64,000 bases of DNA from Eledone cirrhosa (Eukaryota): contig OZ024743.1 of assembly GCA_964016885.1 (NCBI GenBank), forward strand, positions 374,790,001 through 374,854,000. The letters are read 5' to 3'. Made by a program: the position numbers and the translations under genes. Shown here piece after piece: positions 28,070-43,178 of the stretch. Numbering within the stretch: position 1 is the first letter of the stretch; every line of letters starts with the position of its first letter. Under the pieces are notes generated by a model. It was given only the letters and a program-made list of their open reading frames with translations. It had not been told where the DNA came from and did no database searches.

Positions 28070-28470
28070 AATATATATATTTTTTTTTTCTACGTGTGTG
28101 TGTGTGTGTGGAAAGATCCAGTGATCCGAAAAGAAATCCAGGTGGAAGTTCAGGTAGAGTCTGTCCGAGTAAAAATCCATTTCTAAGGTGAAAATCAATG
28201 TAGGAATCCAAGGTACTGTATCTGTGTGTGTGTGTGTGTGTGTGTCTGTGCACGTACGTGTGTATATGAGTTTCTGTGTGCGTGTGGGGTTGGAGGTATT
28301 TTAGCTAGAAGTGGCTCTTTAGATTGAAAAGGTTCCAAATCTCTGATATTGACATCTTTACGTCGATTAAATTAAATTATATGTGTCTGCCTAACTTTAA
28401 AATTCCCTTCAGGTCCGTCTTCACTAAGTTTTAAATCAAATTGAGTCTGTCGTCGTTTCTTCACTTCATT

Positions 28471-28690
28471 TTACATTCTGCCGACGGTGATTCTACTGAC
28501 CAGGCTAATTTCCAGACAGCGAAGGCAAATTCGCCTGTATGAAGCCCTTATATTCTCTGTTGTAGTCAATAGCACTGAAATGTGAACCCTACACATCACA
28601 CGCAGATGAGGAGTTTTCGAAATGCGATGCTTAAAGACATTACGATGAAACAAGCGTAAAACTATGTCTATTGGAAAAGCCCTTGCCAAG
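28471..28690 (-). pseudogene. Highly decayed RTE-like LINE fragment
   Basis: RISKTPHLRV..ISVLL..TEN..YRR..LRCLE resembles the post-RT region of RTE elements. Confidence 0.4.
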
Positions 28691-29002
28691 TAATACTAAG
28701 AAGAACGATATTGAAATAGATAGGTGACATGATAAAGGAAAAGAGAAACAAAGCAGAAAGGAGACGATTGTCAGATCGACCCAAGAAAACAATTGCTGAT
28801 ACTATCTACCAGCAGTAATACCTGACAGAAGAAAATCCCTGAGTGCTAGACATTCCTAATACCAGATCATGTGTTAGACTGCCTAAGACGGGGACCTGTA
28901 AAATGTATGATGCACACATTTACTGATCGAAAAGGGCTGTATGAGTCGGGTTTAAGGAAAACTGATCGACTAAATTAAAGTGAATATATATATATACGTA
29001 CA

Positions 29003-29050
<48 letters not shown>

Positions 29051-29114
29051 GTATATATATATAACTTATACACATACATATATGTCATATATATACATAT
29101 ACATATGTATGTGC

Positions 29115-29214
<100 letters not shown>

Positions 29215-29215
29215 G

Positions 29216-29251
<36 letters not shown>

Positions 29252-29553
29252 CATGGTGGGGGCTTTAAGTTATACAAATATGGATAACACAATCAAAATA
29301 TAGAATATATATTAAAATAAATATTGATTTTTAATTATTATCAAATTATATTATTTTAATACTTATTCGACCCATACATTTGGGCGTATCTTTTTTATAG
29401 CAGAATATATTATCACGCTCTATTACAAGCCACTCATTGAGCACTGTTTCTTAAGAAACATACATAAACATGTATCGCGATGATTTACTATATGATATAT
29501 ATAAAATTGTATATATATATACACATTCATAGAAATATATGCATATATATAGA

Positions 29554-29619
<66 letters not shown>

Positions 29620-29669
29620 TATATACCTACAAATATATGTAGGCAAGTATATATGTATGCATGTGTATA

Positions 29670-29708
<39 letters not shown>

Positions 29709-29767
29709 AGTTTATACTCATATACATATATATATAAATATATATATATATACATAAGTATATATTC

Positions 29768-29807
<40 letters not shown>

Positions 29808-30156
29808 GAATATACATACTTAGCTGCATTGTCCGTAACTTACTTTATTTTATATATTCAACGTATTCTATGTCCTGTACGTCTCACTTCCTTCACTGGG
29901 AATATTTATCGTTCTTATTGCTGCCTATATAGAGAAGCATTCTGCCTTGTTGCTACAATGTTGGTGGCTGTGTTGCTGTTCAGAATATACTATATATGAC
30001 TTGGTCTACATTACAGTTATTTTGTGTTTGGAATCAACAAATACTGTTGACTACTTTCTTTCATATGGTTATGTAAATAACATTTTAAAAAAATAATACA
30101 CTTAAATAAACCATTATTTCACTGTTTTCTTCTTTTCTTCTTTTTTGTGTATATAT

Positions 30157-30545
30157 ATGTGGACTATTGACAAAGTGTTATGCAAGAGACTTGACGGGTG
30201 TTACAAGAGGAATCTGAGAATGGCTCTCAACATTTCTTGGAAACAGAAGCTGACAAATAAAGAACTATACAGATCACTACCACCAGTCTCAAAAAGAGTT
30301 GCCTGCCGAGGAATAAAACTGGCTGGGCACTGCATCCGTCATCCAGAAGAGATAGCATCTCAACTTGTGCTCTGGAAACCGGCAGTCGGACGAAGAAACG
30401 CAGGAAGACAGGGCGTCTCATTCATTGATACCTTGCTGAGAGATGCCAACATTGATAACATCGACGAACTGAGAAATGTCATGCTCGACCGGGACGATTG
30501 GAGAAAGCGTGCTGAATTTTTGCGAGTGTAAACTCGGCCGAAGAA
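30157..30545 (+). pseudogene. RTE-clade LINE 3' fragment
   Basis: WT..KRLDGCY..LRMALNISWKQKLTNKELY...KLAGHCIRH...MLDRDDW is typical of the RTE C-terminus. Confidence 0.8.
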
Positions 30546-32271
30546 GATATATGTTTCTTTAAAAGCGGCGTATTGGTAGATTGATTTGAATGTCGGCATG
30601 AATGCTTTGTGTTATTCAATCACACTGTCTTGCGCTCTTATTTCAAATTCCATTGAAGTCAACTTTGCTGTTCGTCCTTTCGAGGTCGACTAAAATTTTA
30701 CCAGACCAGTAATCAGGTTGAGTCTTCTATATTTATTTCGCTTCCTCTCTCTCACAAACACATGTTTTTCCTCTACTTCTTTGGAAGAAATCTGGTGTGT
30801 TCGGACCTGGAGTGGGAATGAAATCCAACAGGTTTTAGACTAAAATACACAGAACATTCTGTATGTCACTACGACCCCCTCTACGACTCCTACAGGAGTT
30901 AAGGTCACTTTACCTACTTTTTGTGTATGTATGTACGTTTCTGTAGAATAAATTAACGACATTGTATGTAACCAGTGAACATTTACATATTTGGTTAACT
31001 CAGTTTGTGTTTGTTAGACATTTCAAATACTTGAGCATGTTTGCGAGACATTGACATTCCTCTCCAATTGGCTGCTCTCGCACAATCCTTGCGTGCGTCC
31101 CAGATGTGTCCCACTTCCTTACTGACTGTAGTGGGAAGTATATCTCCCCAAATTCATCTTCTCGTTGTAAAAGGCCTACAATATTGCTTAAAGAGTCACT
31201 AGTCTGGGGGAGCCATCTTAACTACAGCTCATGCTCAGGGCCGCCAATGTAATATCTAAGTTCACGATTATTATTGGACTTATTGGACTTCGATATCCTC
31301 ATCTTTCCAAACAACACTTTTATGGCCGACAGAAAAATGCACCCACTTTGTAACCGCCATTGAGTAAACATGCGTGTTCGTTAATCCTATAAATCCTGAT
31401 TCAGCTGAAAATTACCGCATATAAATATTAATGGTCTCAGATGGATAATCCGGTGACATTGCTTTCTAAACCGACCTCAGGTCTCGGGTGTTTATGCACA
31501 TTTCCACGTGATTTTTAATTTCTATTTTATAGAACCCTTTGGATCCTTGCGACCAACAAAACGGATTCTTCTTCTTCTTCTTCTTCTTCTTCTTCTTCGT
31601 ATCAAAACAGATTTATGATTATTTTTAGGGTGGCATCAAAGTAGAATATGCACTCTTTTTGCTGCGAATCTTACTGCGCACTAATAGGAAATTATCCTCC
31701 CCCTCCCCATCCCACTAATAAAAAGTTCTTTTGGATCTTGAACAGTTGTTTCAGGTCAATAACCCCAAACCCCAAAATAGAATCATTGTATCATTGAAGT
31801 AGCGTATAAATTATTCTAAGATTGCATCACAGATCTTTTATTCACATTTATATTAGTTTTGGCTTCTGAAAAATATAATAAGGGATTCTTTGAAATTTGG
31901 ATTCCGAAAAACACATATATAAAGAAAGGAGAAAGAAAAATTGGAGAAAAGAAAGTAAAAAAACAAGGAAGAGAATTTGAGTAAAATCCTGGATTTTAAG
32001 CTCTTGCCTCAAAAATCTGCTGGTTTAGTAAAGAAAAAAGAAAAGATGATTTAGTAAAGAAAACAATATTTATTATATAATACAAGGATGTAAAAGAAAA
32101 TACATCTTAAGCAGAGTTGTTGAATATTACAAAATGTTAAACGGAGTGCTTACACAAACACACATATATATATATATATATATACACATATGTATAGACA
32201 CACGTATATATATATAAATGGGAAAAATGAAATTGAAATTGAAATTTCTCACTCTTAGAACGGCTGATACT

Positions 32272-32783
32272 TAAATGTAAGTATGTATACGTACATACAT
32301 ATATGTATACAGACGTACAGCAGTATGTATACACATACATACATGCACACGTATATACTGTATATGTACATATGGGTTTACCTAACATTTATTATAATGT
32401 TCGATTTGTTTGTAAACAAACAGCCCGAATTAAGCCGTAGAGTGTTCAGCAACCATCGTTGCCATTTTGTTCAACACTGACGCATAAGGAAAGTATATGC
32501 TTTCAAACGTTCAATCATCTGACAGGAAGGTGTACGGTGCTGATGACAGCTAAGAAGCTCGAAACTTGTTCATCGTTCCTTTGTCAGTGTTGAACAAAAT
32601 GGCAACGATGGTTGCCGAACACTGTACGGCTTAATTCGGGCTGTTTGTTTACAAACAAACCGAACATTATAATAAATGTTCGGTAAACCCATACGTACAT
32701 ATATATATGTGTGCATGTATGTATATACATACTGCTGTACGTCTGTATACATATATGTATCTACGTATACATACTTACATTTA
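32272..32783. mobile_element. Palindromic element with an HHR in its loop
   Basis: Arms 32272-32481 / 32583-32783. Confidence 0.8.
32535..32575 (+). ncRNA. Minimal hammerhead ribozyme
   Basis: cggtg-CTGATGA(32540-32546)-c-agct-aaga-agct-c-GAAA(32561-32564)-cttg-TT-catcg. Confidence 0.65.
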
Positions 32784-32811
32784 TATTTATATATATATAT
32801 ATAAATAAAGT

Positions 32812-33032
32812 ATTTCCGTAGGAAAGGTACAGGAAAAGAGAGTGCTCTATGTAGGCTACAGAGCTTTTTAGTTATGTAATAACCAACATAAGATAATTAT
32901 TTCATTTACCAGTGGTTTCTTGAAGACAGATATTTATGTCTGTCTTCAGTCGTCAGAACGAATAAATAACATGGCGTGTTTATTAAAGAAACCACTGGTA
33001 AATGAAATAATTATCTTATGCTGTTTATTACA

Positions 33033-33038
<6 letters not shown>
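32812..33038. mobile_element. Fold-back element with a complete HHR and tail
   Basis: Arms ~32869-32921 / 32986-33038; tail hairpin at 32842-32864. Confidence 0.8.
32901..32962 (-). ncRNA. Type-I hammerhead ribozyme
   Basis: ttcgtt-CTGACGA-c-tgaagacaga..tctgtcttca-a-GAAA-ccactgg-TA-aatgaa; all three stems pair. Confidence 0.85.
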
Positions 33039-33077
<39 letters not shown>

Positions 33078-34372
33078 TCCATCGACTGTAGATACATATA
33101 TATCTACGTGTGTGTGTGTATGTGAGAGTGTGTGAGTATATACATATATACTCACACACACACATATATATATATGAGTGTGTATTGAACGGAAGAGGAA
33201 GATATAATATAGAGAGTGTTGTGAGACAGACGGGGATGAATAAGAACGAAGTAGTTATATAAGTGAGTACAGAGACATATAGCAATATATTTAGAAAGCG
33301 AGCTAGTAAGGGCGAGAGTAAGGGCGTAAATAGAAGAAAGATGTACGCATTGAAGAGGCATATTTACTTTATACCGATATTACAGTAGATTTTGTGTGGT
33401 TACCATAGGTTTCTAGTGTTAATCATGCCTAAATTGCGTTTGAAATCAAACTCTGATGAAACGTCTGTTCAACCATACTTTTATTATAACAGTAATTAAG
33501 TTTACTTATAAGTTAATTCTGAAGTAAATAAATGTACATAGGTTATATATCACTGTCGTACTTAGTGGAGAGCAAGTAGTCAAGAGACCTCCAGTGTCAT
33601 CGCTCTGAAACTCCCTCTGTTCCTTTATTAAATCGGGAGATGAATTACAATGAGGTAGAATTGTTGATGCAGCAGATATCATTGTCTGTTCTTGGCAGTT
33701 ACGCTTTTGCCCGCCGAGTGTTAATGTTATCCAGCCAAATGTTGAAAATGAAACAAATTACGATGGAGTAACTGAAAAAAGATTTAGATGAAATTTATCC
33801 CCATTTCTTTTCTCTCTCTCTCTCTCAACCTCCCTCTTTTGCTCCCTGTTTCTTTCTTTATGTCTCTATCCTTCTTTGTCTCTCTCTCCCACTCTCTATC
33901 TATCTCTCTCTCCCCCTCTCTATCTATATCTCTCTCTCCCTCTATCCCTATCTATCTCTCCATCTCCCCCCTCACCCCCTCCATCTTTCGCTCTCTGTCT
34001 CTTTCTTTATCTCTCTATCTTTTACTTCTTTCTCCTCTCTCTCTTTCTCCACTCTCTCTCTCCCCTTCTCTCTCTCTCCCTCCCTCTACTTCATATTTCT
34101 ATTAGTTTTAATTGTTTTATAAATAGTAGATAAAACTAACCATTACTAGTCCCATCAGCAATGCACCAAGTAGTCGGCGGCCTTAAAGAAACAAAACTGA
34201 ATAAGTTAATGCAAAAGATGGAAGCTAAAAACGAAACGAGGAAATTCCATCATCTATATTTAGGAAACGTCTTTCTACAAATAGACCATATACAATATTT
34301 CTATCGACAGCACCAATTTCCATTGAGCGAAACATGCGCGTGCCTGTAAATACATACATATGTTATAAATAT

Positions 34373-34499
<127 letters not shown>

Positions 34500-35080
34500 A
34501 GTTAATATAAATTAATATATGATAAACACTAATATAAACATATGTGTTTGTATTGTAAATGACCAAGTTAGCTAGATTGAAAAAATACTAATTAGATTAA
34601 TACAGTTTGCCTGTCTCGATTTAAAATAATAAATCAATAAAAACAAACCCATATTGGCAATAGCCGTGATACCTGGACAAATTTAAATTTCAAAATCCAA
34701 ACCTGTTCCGTAGACAAATTTAAATTTCAAAACCCAAATAAGTTTCGCAACGATAATTTAAAAAAAGTGAAAAATACAAATTTCTGTGGTCATCGGCAGG
34801 TAACCAGAAAATTAGCATGTTTCACCTCGAAATATTTAGGAGGACTGGTAGTCAAGTGTTAACGCACATGGTTTTCCAGCTCCTAGCTATCCCCATACTC
34901 ATGCTGCTAGAAATAACAGCCGTTTATATGGGACTAAAATTTAGCTCAACAAAAGGAGCCGTTAATACTATATTAGTGTTTATCATATATTAATTGATAT
35001 TAACTTGTATTTCACAGCTCAGAAATGCTTCTTTCTTTGAGCTAATTAATTGTAAAAGACTGTTTGAGTTTATAACTTCA

Positions 35081-35744
35081 AGGGGGAGGAAGTCGGAACG
35101 GTAGGTAGAACAATGGGGGGTAGAAATATAGGAAAGAAAAAATACTGAGAGTGAAGAAAAGCAAATAAGTGTAAAGAAAAACAAATGAGTGTAAAGAAAA
35201 AAGTAAAGTAAATTAAATTCTACGACCTAGGTCTCTAGCTATTGTGAGGCTAGAATAAATAAATAAAGAAATTTATTCTAGCCTCACAATAGCTAGAGAC
35301 CTAGGTCGTAGAATTTAATTTACTTTACTTTTTTCTTTACACTCATTTGTTTTTCTTTACACTTATTTGCTTTTCTTCACTCTCAGTATTTTTTCTTTCC
35401 TATATTTCTACCCCCATTGTTCTACCTACCGTTCCGACTTCCTCCCCCTCCCCCTCCCCTGTATCTTCTTTGACCTCATGCCCAGCTGTAGCTGGCACTA
35501 CAAACGCTTGATTGGGTCTACTCCACCCCCTCCCCTCTTTCTCCTACTGGCAGGTTTAGCCACCATCTCCCCTACTAATTTGCAACCACAGAATTACTAC
35601 TGATTTTTGACAATCATTTTGACCATATATGGAATTACCCCTTGAGAAGATCGGCTATTTAAATACCAGGATAAATTTTCATTTAGTCCAGAATTAGCCG
35701 TCGAAACGGCTTGAGCTCAGCTGTCGGGGTCTTACTGGTTCCTA
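35081..35744 (+). mobile_element. Long family B element: 5' fold-back plus degenerate full HHR
   Basis: Arms ~35081-35260 / 35272-35449; acccc-TTGAGAA-gatcggcta..tagccgtc-GAAA(35703-35706)-cggct..agctg-TC-ggggt; ends gttcctat followed by (at)n like the other B copies. Confidence 0.7.
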
Positions 35745-35817
35745 TATATATATATATATATATATATCTGTGTATATATCTATATATGTATATATATGTT
35801 AATATATATATATATGA

Positions 35818-36150
35818 TGACTGTCCCCTCGTTATCGAGTATGGCTATTGCACGATATACCATTATTAATAATTATTAATTAATTCTATCGTGCAATGCC
35901 TGTGAGTGAAGATATTTTGTAAAGTGGGGAAAGAGTGTGCACTGAGCCAATCCCACTCTCTGAGCGACAGTAGCTATAACCCGAAAAGAAGAAAAGATCA
36001 ACATCATCGGTTACTACTGATCCGCAGGTTTTATATCGGAGTTATCCCAGTTTCCTGAGTTGCCGTCTCCTAGAAATATGGCCTGACAAAGGCTAGGGGT
36101 CCTTCAATCCCAGTGGTTTAACCGCGCGATCGGGTGTCCAGCCCGACTAT
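35818..36150 (-). repeat. Probable LINE (RTE-like) 5' UTR remnant
   Basis: Minus strand ctaggagacggcaactc...tataaaacc resembles RTE 5' leaders; pattern recognition only. Confidence 0.3.
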
Positions 36151-36331
36151 TTCTATGTCCCCGCGCATATACATACACATGCACCCATATATATATATAC
36201 ACATATGCATATACATACATATTTACACACTTTTGGATGGCCGTTGACTCTTATGAGTTCATCCGCCCTTTGTCAGGGTTTTTTTTTGTTCTGCAGGGTG
36301 TCCAAAACCACCCTGCTCACCATAATATAAA

Positions 36332-36371
<40 letters not shown>

Positions 36372-36373
<2 letters not shown>

Positions 36374-36563
36374 ACAAAGGAATTGTGGTAAGAAACCAGA
36401 TATACCATAACGCACCAGAGTACTCAATACTTGTGGTAGTAGAGTGGGAAATAGGAAAAAGTATGACCCCAACGGCAGAGCTCAAGCCGTTTCGACGGCT
36501 ATTTCTGGACTAGAAATAGCCGTCGAAACGGCTTGAGCTCTGCCGTCGGGGTCATACTTTTTC
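36372..36563. mobile_element. Family B fold-back element (variant)
   Basis: Arms ~36455-36506 / 36511-36563; tail on the left. Confidence 0.8.
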
Positions 36564-36598
36564 ATATATATATATATATACTGCCAATACATAATAAT

Positions 36599-36778
36599 TG
36601 TTTCTACTTTTGGCACAAGGCCAGCAATTACCCAGTACATTACTGGTACTTTATTTTATCGACCCCGTAAGGATGAAAGACAAAGTTAACCTCGGCGGGA
36701 TTTGAACTCAGAATGGCAAGGGCCGTAACTCTATGCGTCAAAGCATGGCGTCCAACCCTCTACCGATACTGCCAATTC
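36599..36778 (-). mobile_element. Full-length SINE with 19-bp target-site duplication
   Basis: A and B boxes and tail; actgccaatacataataat at 36580-36598 and 36779-36797. Confidence 0.9.
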
Positions 36779-36846
36779 ACTGCCAATACATAATAATATT
36801 ATATATATATTATATATATATATATTATATATATATATATATTATA

Positions 36847-36938
<92 letters not shown>

Positions 36939-36949
36939 TATATATTATA

Positions 36950-37146
<197 letters not shown>

Positions 37147-37277
37147 AGAAGTTATATTTAATTTGTTGGGATACAACAAGCAAATATTTTTATAACTGAT
37201 ATAAAGCATTCAACAAATTTTTGGAGAAAAAATACAATATATTAATAAATGGAAACTATATTTATAAAACCATATTT

Positions 37278-37341
37278 ATTTCATTATACATATTTCAAGG
37301 ACACCAAAGCAAATTATGGTGCGCTTTCATCAGATAAAATA
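37278..37341 (-). ncRNA. Minimal type-I hammerhead ribozyme
   Basis: tcatcag at 37327-37333; mirror of 38660-38724. Confidence 0.75.
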
Positions 37342-37838
37342 TAATATAGATCAGTTTTATAAACAAATATTGACATACCCTTAAACGAATGCGACCATTT
37401 CTGTTGGAAGCTCCCGGATAGTGGGGTTATTAATTTTATTATTGGTCTATTATGCAATTTAGTGTCGGAGAGGTTTAAATCCCATACATTTAAATTGAGT
37501 CGTTGGAATAGGGAAAAAAAAAAGAAAAAGAAAAAGACAGAGCAAACCCAAAGAAGGAAAACAAAAGAAAAGAAAAGGAATAGGAAAAAACAAAAGAAGA
37601 AAGAGAAATAGAAAGAGAAAGAGAGAAAACCCTAAGTGAGAGAGTGTTGTATTAACGTAGTTTTATGAAATGATGAAGTGAAAAGATAAATATATAGTTG
37701 GATGAGTTAGCGTGTATAGATAAATAAATAAATAAATAGTAGTAACCGGAGAAATTTATCTATTGTTTAAATTTGATTAAATTATTGAGATCTATAAAAG
37801 TTAAAATTAAAAATTGAGATCTATATTTTATTAAAAGA

Positions 37839-37937
<99 letters not shown>

Positions 37938-38659
37938 ATCAAAAAATATTATTAAAATATATGCTATTATTACATAACCTTACATAAATTTATTATTAAT
38001 CATCAACCAACAATTTATTATTAATTTTTCAATTAACAATAAAACTTATAAGAAATGACATAATATATGTTTAAAATGTAGGAATGTTCAGAGATTTTAC
38101 TGAAGAAAAACTCTTCTTAGTAATAGCAATACAGCGTGAGGGGAAATTAGTTGATTTATTTGTAATTTAGATAGTTCTAATGATTAAATGTTATAAAAGT
38201 TAAGATGATAAAAAAATTAAGATTATAAGAGAACCATATATTACTTTATAGTAAGTTATAAAATTTATATATTTTATAGATCCACCTGTTATATAGTTGT
38301 GACTGTTAAAATATGAGTTTGTTTACTATAACGTTTTAATATTCATAGTTTTTCAAAGTTTTTCTTTAGAATATATCTAAAGCATAAACCGTAAAAAAAA
38401 ACTTGTTTTTTCCTATTCCTTTTCCTTTTCTTTTCTTTTGTTTTCCTTCTTTGGGTTTGCTCTGTCTTTTTTTTTTTTTTTTTTTTTTCCTATTCCAACG
38501 ACTTAATTTAAATGTATGAGAGTTAAACCTCTCCGACACTAATTTGCATAATAGACCAATAATAAAATTAGTAACCCCACTATCCGGGAGCTTCCAACAG
38601 ACATTGTCGCATTCTTTTAAGGGTATGTCAATATTTGTTTATAAAACTGAACTGTATTA

Positions 38660-38724
38660 TATTTTATCTGATGAAAGCGCACCATAATTTGCTTTGGTGT
38701 CCTTGAAATATGTATAATGAAATA
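38660..38724 (+). ncRNA. Minimal type-I hammerhead ribozyme
   Basis: tattttat-CTGATGA(38668-38674)-aagcgcacca..tggtgtcctt-GAAA(38705-38708)-tatgta-TA-atgaaata. Confidence 0.8.
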
Positions 38725-38775
38725 AATATGGTTTTATAAATATAGTTTCCATTTATTAATATATTGTATATATAT

Positions 38776-38902
38776 ATAGGAACGAGTAGGACCGCGACGG
38801 CTGAGCTCAAGCCGTTTCGACGGCTAATTCTGGACTACCCTAAGTATTGAGTACTTTGGTGCGTTATGGTCCACCTGATTCCTTACCACATTTCCTTCGT
38901 TA
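38776..38902. mobile_element. Family B element with one arm deleted
   Basis: Short arm joins directly to the distal tail (ctggact|accctaagtattgagtac). Confidence 0.7.
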
Positions 38903-39165
38903 TATATATATATATATACTGCCAATCCATAATAATATTATATATATATATATAATATAATATTATATATATATATATATATATAGATAATTTAATATAT
39001 CAACTAACATAAGCGCACAGATGCACGTCCATGCCAGCAAATACACAGGTTATGTCATAGTACCTAGGTGGTTCAATGGAGGAGGATGCAGAACAATAAT
39101 AAAATTTAAGTAAGTAAGTAAAAAATTTTTTTAAAATTTTTTAAAAAATATTTTCTTATTTTATG

Positions 39166-39246
<81 letters not shown>

Positions 39247-39529
39247 GAGGTAAATATCTCATTGAGCACTAAGTACACACTGAGATATATAGGGTGTCTA
39301 CAATATAATTGTTATTCTATGGTACTAATTCGAGATACTAGAACTATAAAAATTGATGAGCAGAACAAACAAACATTAAACAATCCTTTAAATAAATTAA
39401 AAAATAATTTAAATATCTACCTGTTCATAATGCTATTTATATTTACACACACACACACACATACACATATATATATATATATATAATATTATATTATATA
39501 TATATATCTAATATTATTATGGATTGGCA

Positions 39530-40505
<976 letters not shown>

Positions 40506-40549
40506 GTGTATATATATATATATATATATAATATTATTATGGATTGGCA

Positions 40550-40586
<37 letters not shown>

Positions 40587-40688
40587 TTATGGATTGGCAG
40601 TATATATATATATACATATATCTATATCTATATATCTCTCTCTCTCTATATATATATATTATATATATACATATACATATATATATAT

Positions 40689-40777
<89 letters not shown>

Positions 40778-40805
40778 CAAAGGAATTGTGGTAAGGAACC
40801 AGATG

Positions 40806-40930
40806 GATTGGCAGTATCGGTAGAGAGTCAGACGCCATGCTTTCCAGTATAGTTACGACCCTTTACGGACTGAGTTCAAATCCCGCCGGGGTTAACTTTG
40901 CCATTCATCCTTTCGTGGTCGATAAAATAA
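40806..40930 (+). mobile_element. SINE 5' portion fused to a family B terminus
   Basis: A and B boxes; preceded by ataacaaaggaattgtggtaaggaaccag (the family B end). Confidence 0.75.
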
Positions 40931-41015
40931 CACCCGTTCGGAATAATCGGAGCATTGGCAAAGCTTAAACATATAATTAAATTCCTATTCTACAGAACAA
41001 TCATATATGTATATG

Positions 41016-41375
41016 TGCGGATGTGGCGCATGCGCAGACTGAACACACAACACACACACAGAAACAAGATGGCGTAGGACAGAACAAAGGAGAGGCACAA
41101 AAACAAAGAAAAGAATTCCCAGTCACTGAAGAGGTCACAGAATGTGTGACGAAAGAACTTTGACAATATATAAACAATCATCTGGTTGTGGAACCAACCA
41201 ACCAACCGGAAATTTATAAATTCCTAAATTTATAAATTTATTATAATTAATTGAAGTGAATGCAACTGGTGAGTGTGTTTCTTATTGGCAACATGACCCT
41301 CCCAAAGTATAACAATATCGGTTTCAACACACGTTTTCAGATAAAGAATCTTGCTAAACAAATTCAGAAACGAAA
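41016..41375 (-). repeat. Second copy of the 4532-4893 repeat
   Basis: Near-identical reverse complement. Confidence 0.8.
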
Positions 41376-41734
41376 TATATATATATATTTGTTTTTTTAT
41401 TGACAGAGTTACAGTGACTCAAGAGGCATAGTGTTTCATACCAATGCACTCATCAAACTCATCAAAGTGCAATGACTCGGAACTACAGTGCCCTTAAAAT
41501 ATTTAATCATCAACGCCTACAACACGTTACAGTTGAGCAACCATTTGTAAATGGTTCCACAATTTGAAGATGCTCAAATATATAAATAGTCACAGAAGTG
41601 GCTCAGAAGAAACACCATTAGATAAACACATTTACAATTCATTAATATCTTTCGTAACATTTTTTCCTCCTATAATTCCATCTATGTTGCCAAATGAAAA
41701 TATATAAATAATAAACAAATGGACGAAATACAAT

Positions 41735-42205
41735 TAAATAAACAAGGACACAGCCATACGCACACACACATACACTCAAACACACTCACACACACACACA
41801 AACCAATAAACAAATGAGGACACAACCATATGCACACAAAGACGCATGCACACAGACATACACACACGCATACACAAATAAATAAACTAATAGATAAATA
41901 AGGACACAGCCATACACACATACACACATATATATACACACACAAACAATAAACAAATAAATAAATAAGGACACAGCCATAAATACATACACACATACAC
42001 ACAAACAGTCACACGTACACACTCGCACACACAAACAAATAAGGATACAGCCATACGCACACACATGCACACACATACATACACAGACATACATACACAC
42101 ACACATACACACACATGCATACCCATACATATACACACACATACATACACACACACACATACACACACGCAAAAACAAATAAATAAGGACACAGTCATAC
42201 ACACG

Positions 42206-42259
<54 letters not shown>

Positions 42260-42260
42260 A
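41735..42260. repeat. Minisatellite, ~70-130-bp variable units aaataaggacacagccatac(ac)n
   Basis: At least six recurrences of the anchor motif. Confidence 0.85.
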
Positions 42261-42396
42261 ATAAATAAGCATATAAATATACAAATAAATTATAGAATAT
42301 AGGCATTGAAAACTTCTTCAGTTTAGCAGAGCGGAAACCAAATACGGTGCCCAAACTAAGAAAATATAACCCACTGCTATAAAAATATTTCAATTT

Positions 42397-42439
<43 letters not shown>

Positions 42440-42450
42440 CGACGACGACG

Positions 42451-42516
<66 letters not shown>

Positions 42517-43075
42517 GTTATTAAATTAGCTCAGGTTATTGAATTATATTCGTAATAGTTTTATTTACATTTTGTTTCCCTGTTTTGTTTTCTCTCTCGT
42601 TGTTTCTCATCATTTTGTGGCCGTTAACAATATTAAATGGTTATAACCTGTTGAGAGTCCTGTCTTTAATTTCATAATCACATATGAACAAGAAATCAAT
42701 TACATTTATTCATTCGTTTCGATTTAATAATCCGGTCATATATTGAATTAAATCTTTTTAATGTCTTCATCTGGATTTTCTTTCGTTTTTTTTTTCTTTC
42801 TGTTATTCTGGCAACGTCTACCCACACACTTTATCGAAACGTTCCTTCCCTCATTCAATCCTAATCTCTATTATTTCTCCCTTATCTCGCTCCCTTTCCC
42901 TTCCCGTCTCTTTCTTTCACTCTCTTCTCTCCCTTTCTTTCTCTCACCCCCCCCTCTCTGTCCGTTCTCCATTCGACCTCTTTTGCAAACAAAAACGCAT
43001 ACAGACATACGCACCCCCCCCTACAAACACATATATATACACACATACACAAGCGCGCATACACAAACTAACTCA

Positions 43076-43178
43076 GTGGGAGAACCCATCTTCTGTGAAG
43101 AAGAATTTATCCTCTGTGAGATGGAACCCACTTTCTGTGAAGGGGAACCCATAATCTATGAGGTGGAGCCTCACTGCA
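43076..43178. repeat. 21-bp minisatellite, ~5 degenerate units
   Basis: gaRRRRgaacccatYttctgt period. Confidence 0.6.

Noticed and set aside
33396-33465. Hammerhead at CTGATGA 33453-33459
   Set aside because: No stem II or properly spaced GAAA follows. The nearby minus-strand GAAAcctatggTA half has no matching core, so it is at most a relic.
41735-42260. CRISPR-like repeat-spacer array
   Set aside because: The spacers are (CA)n-derived rather than unique, the context is eukaryotic, and there are no cas genes.
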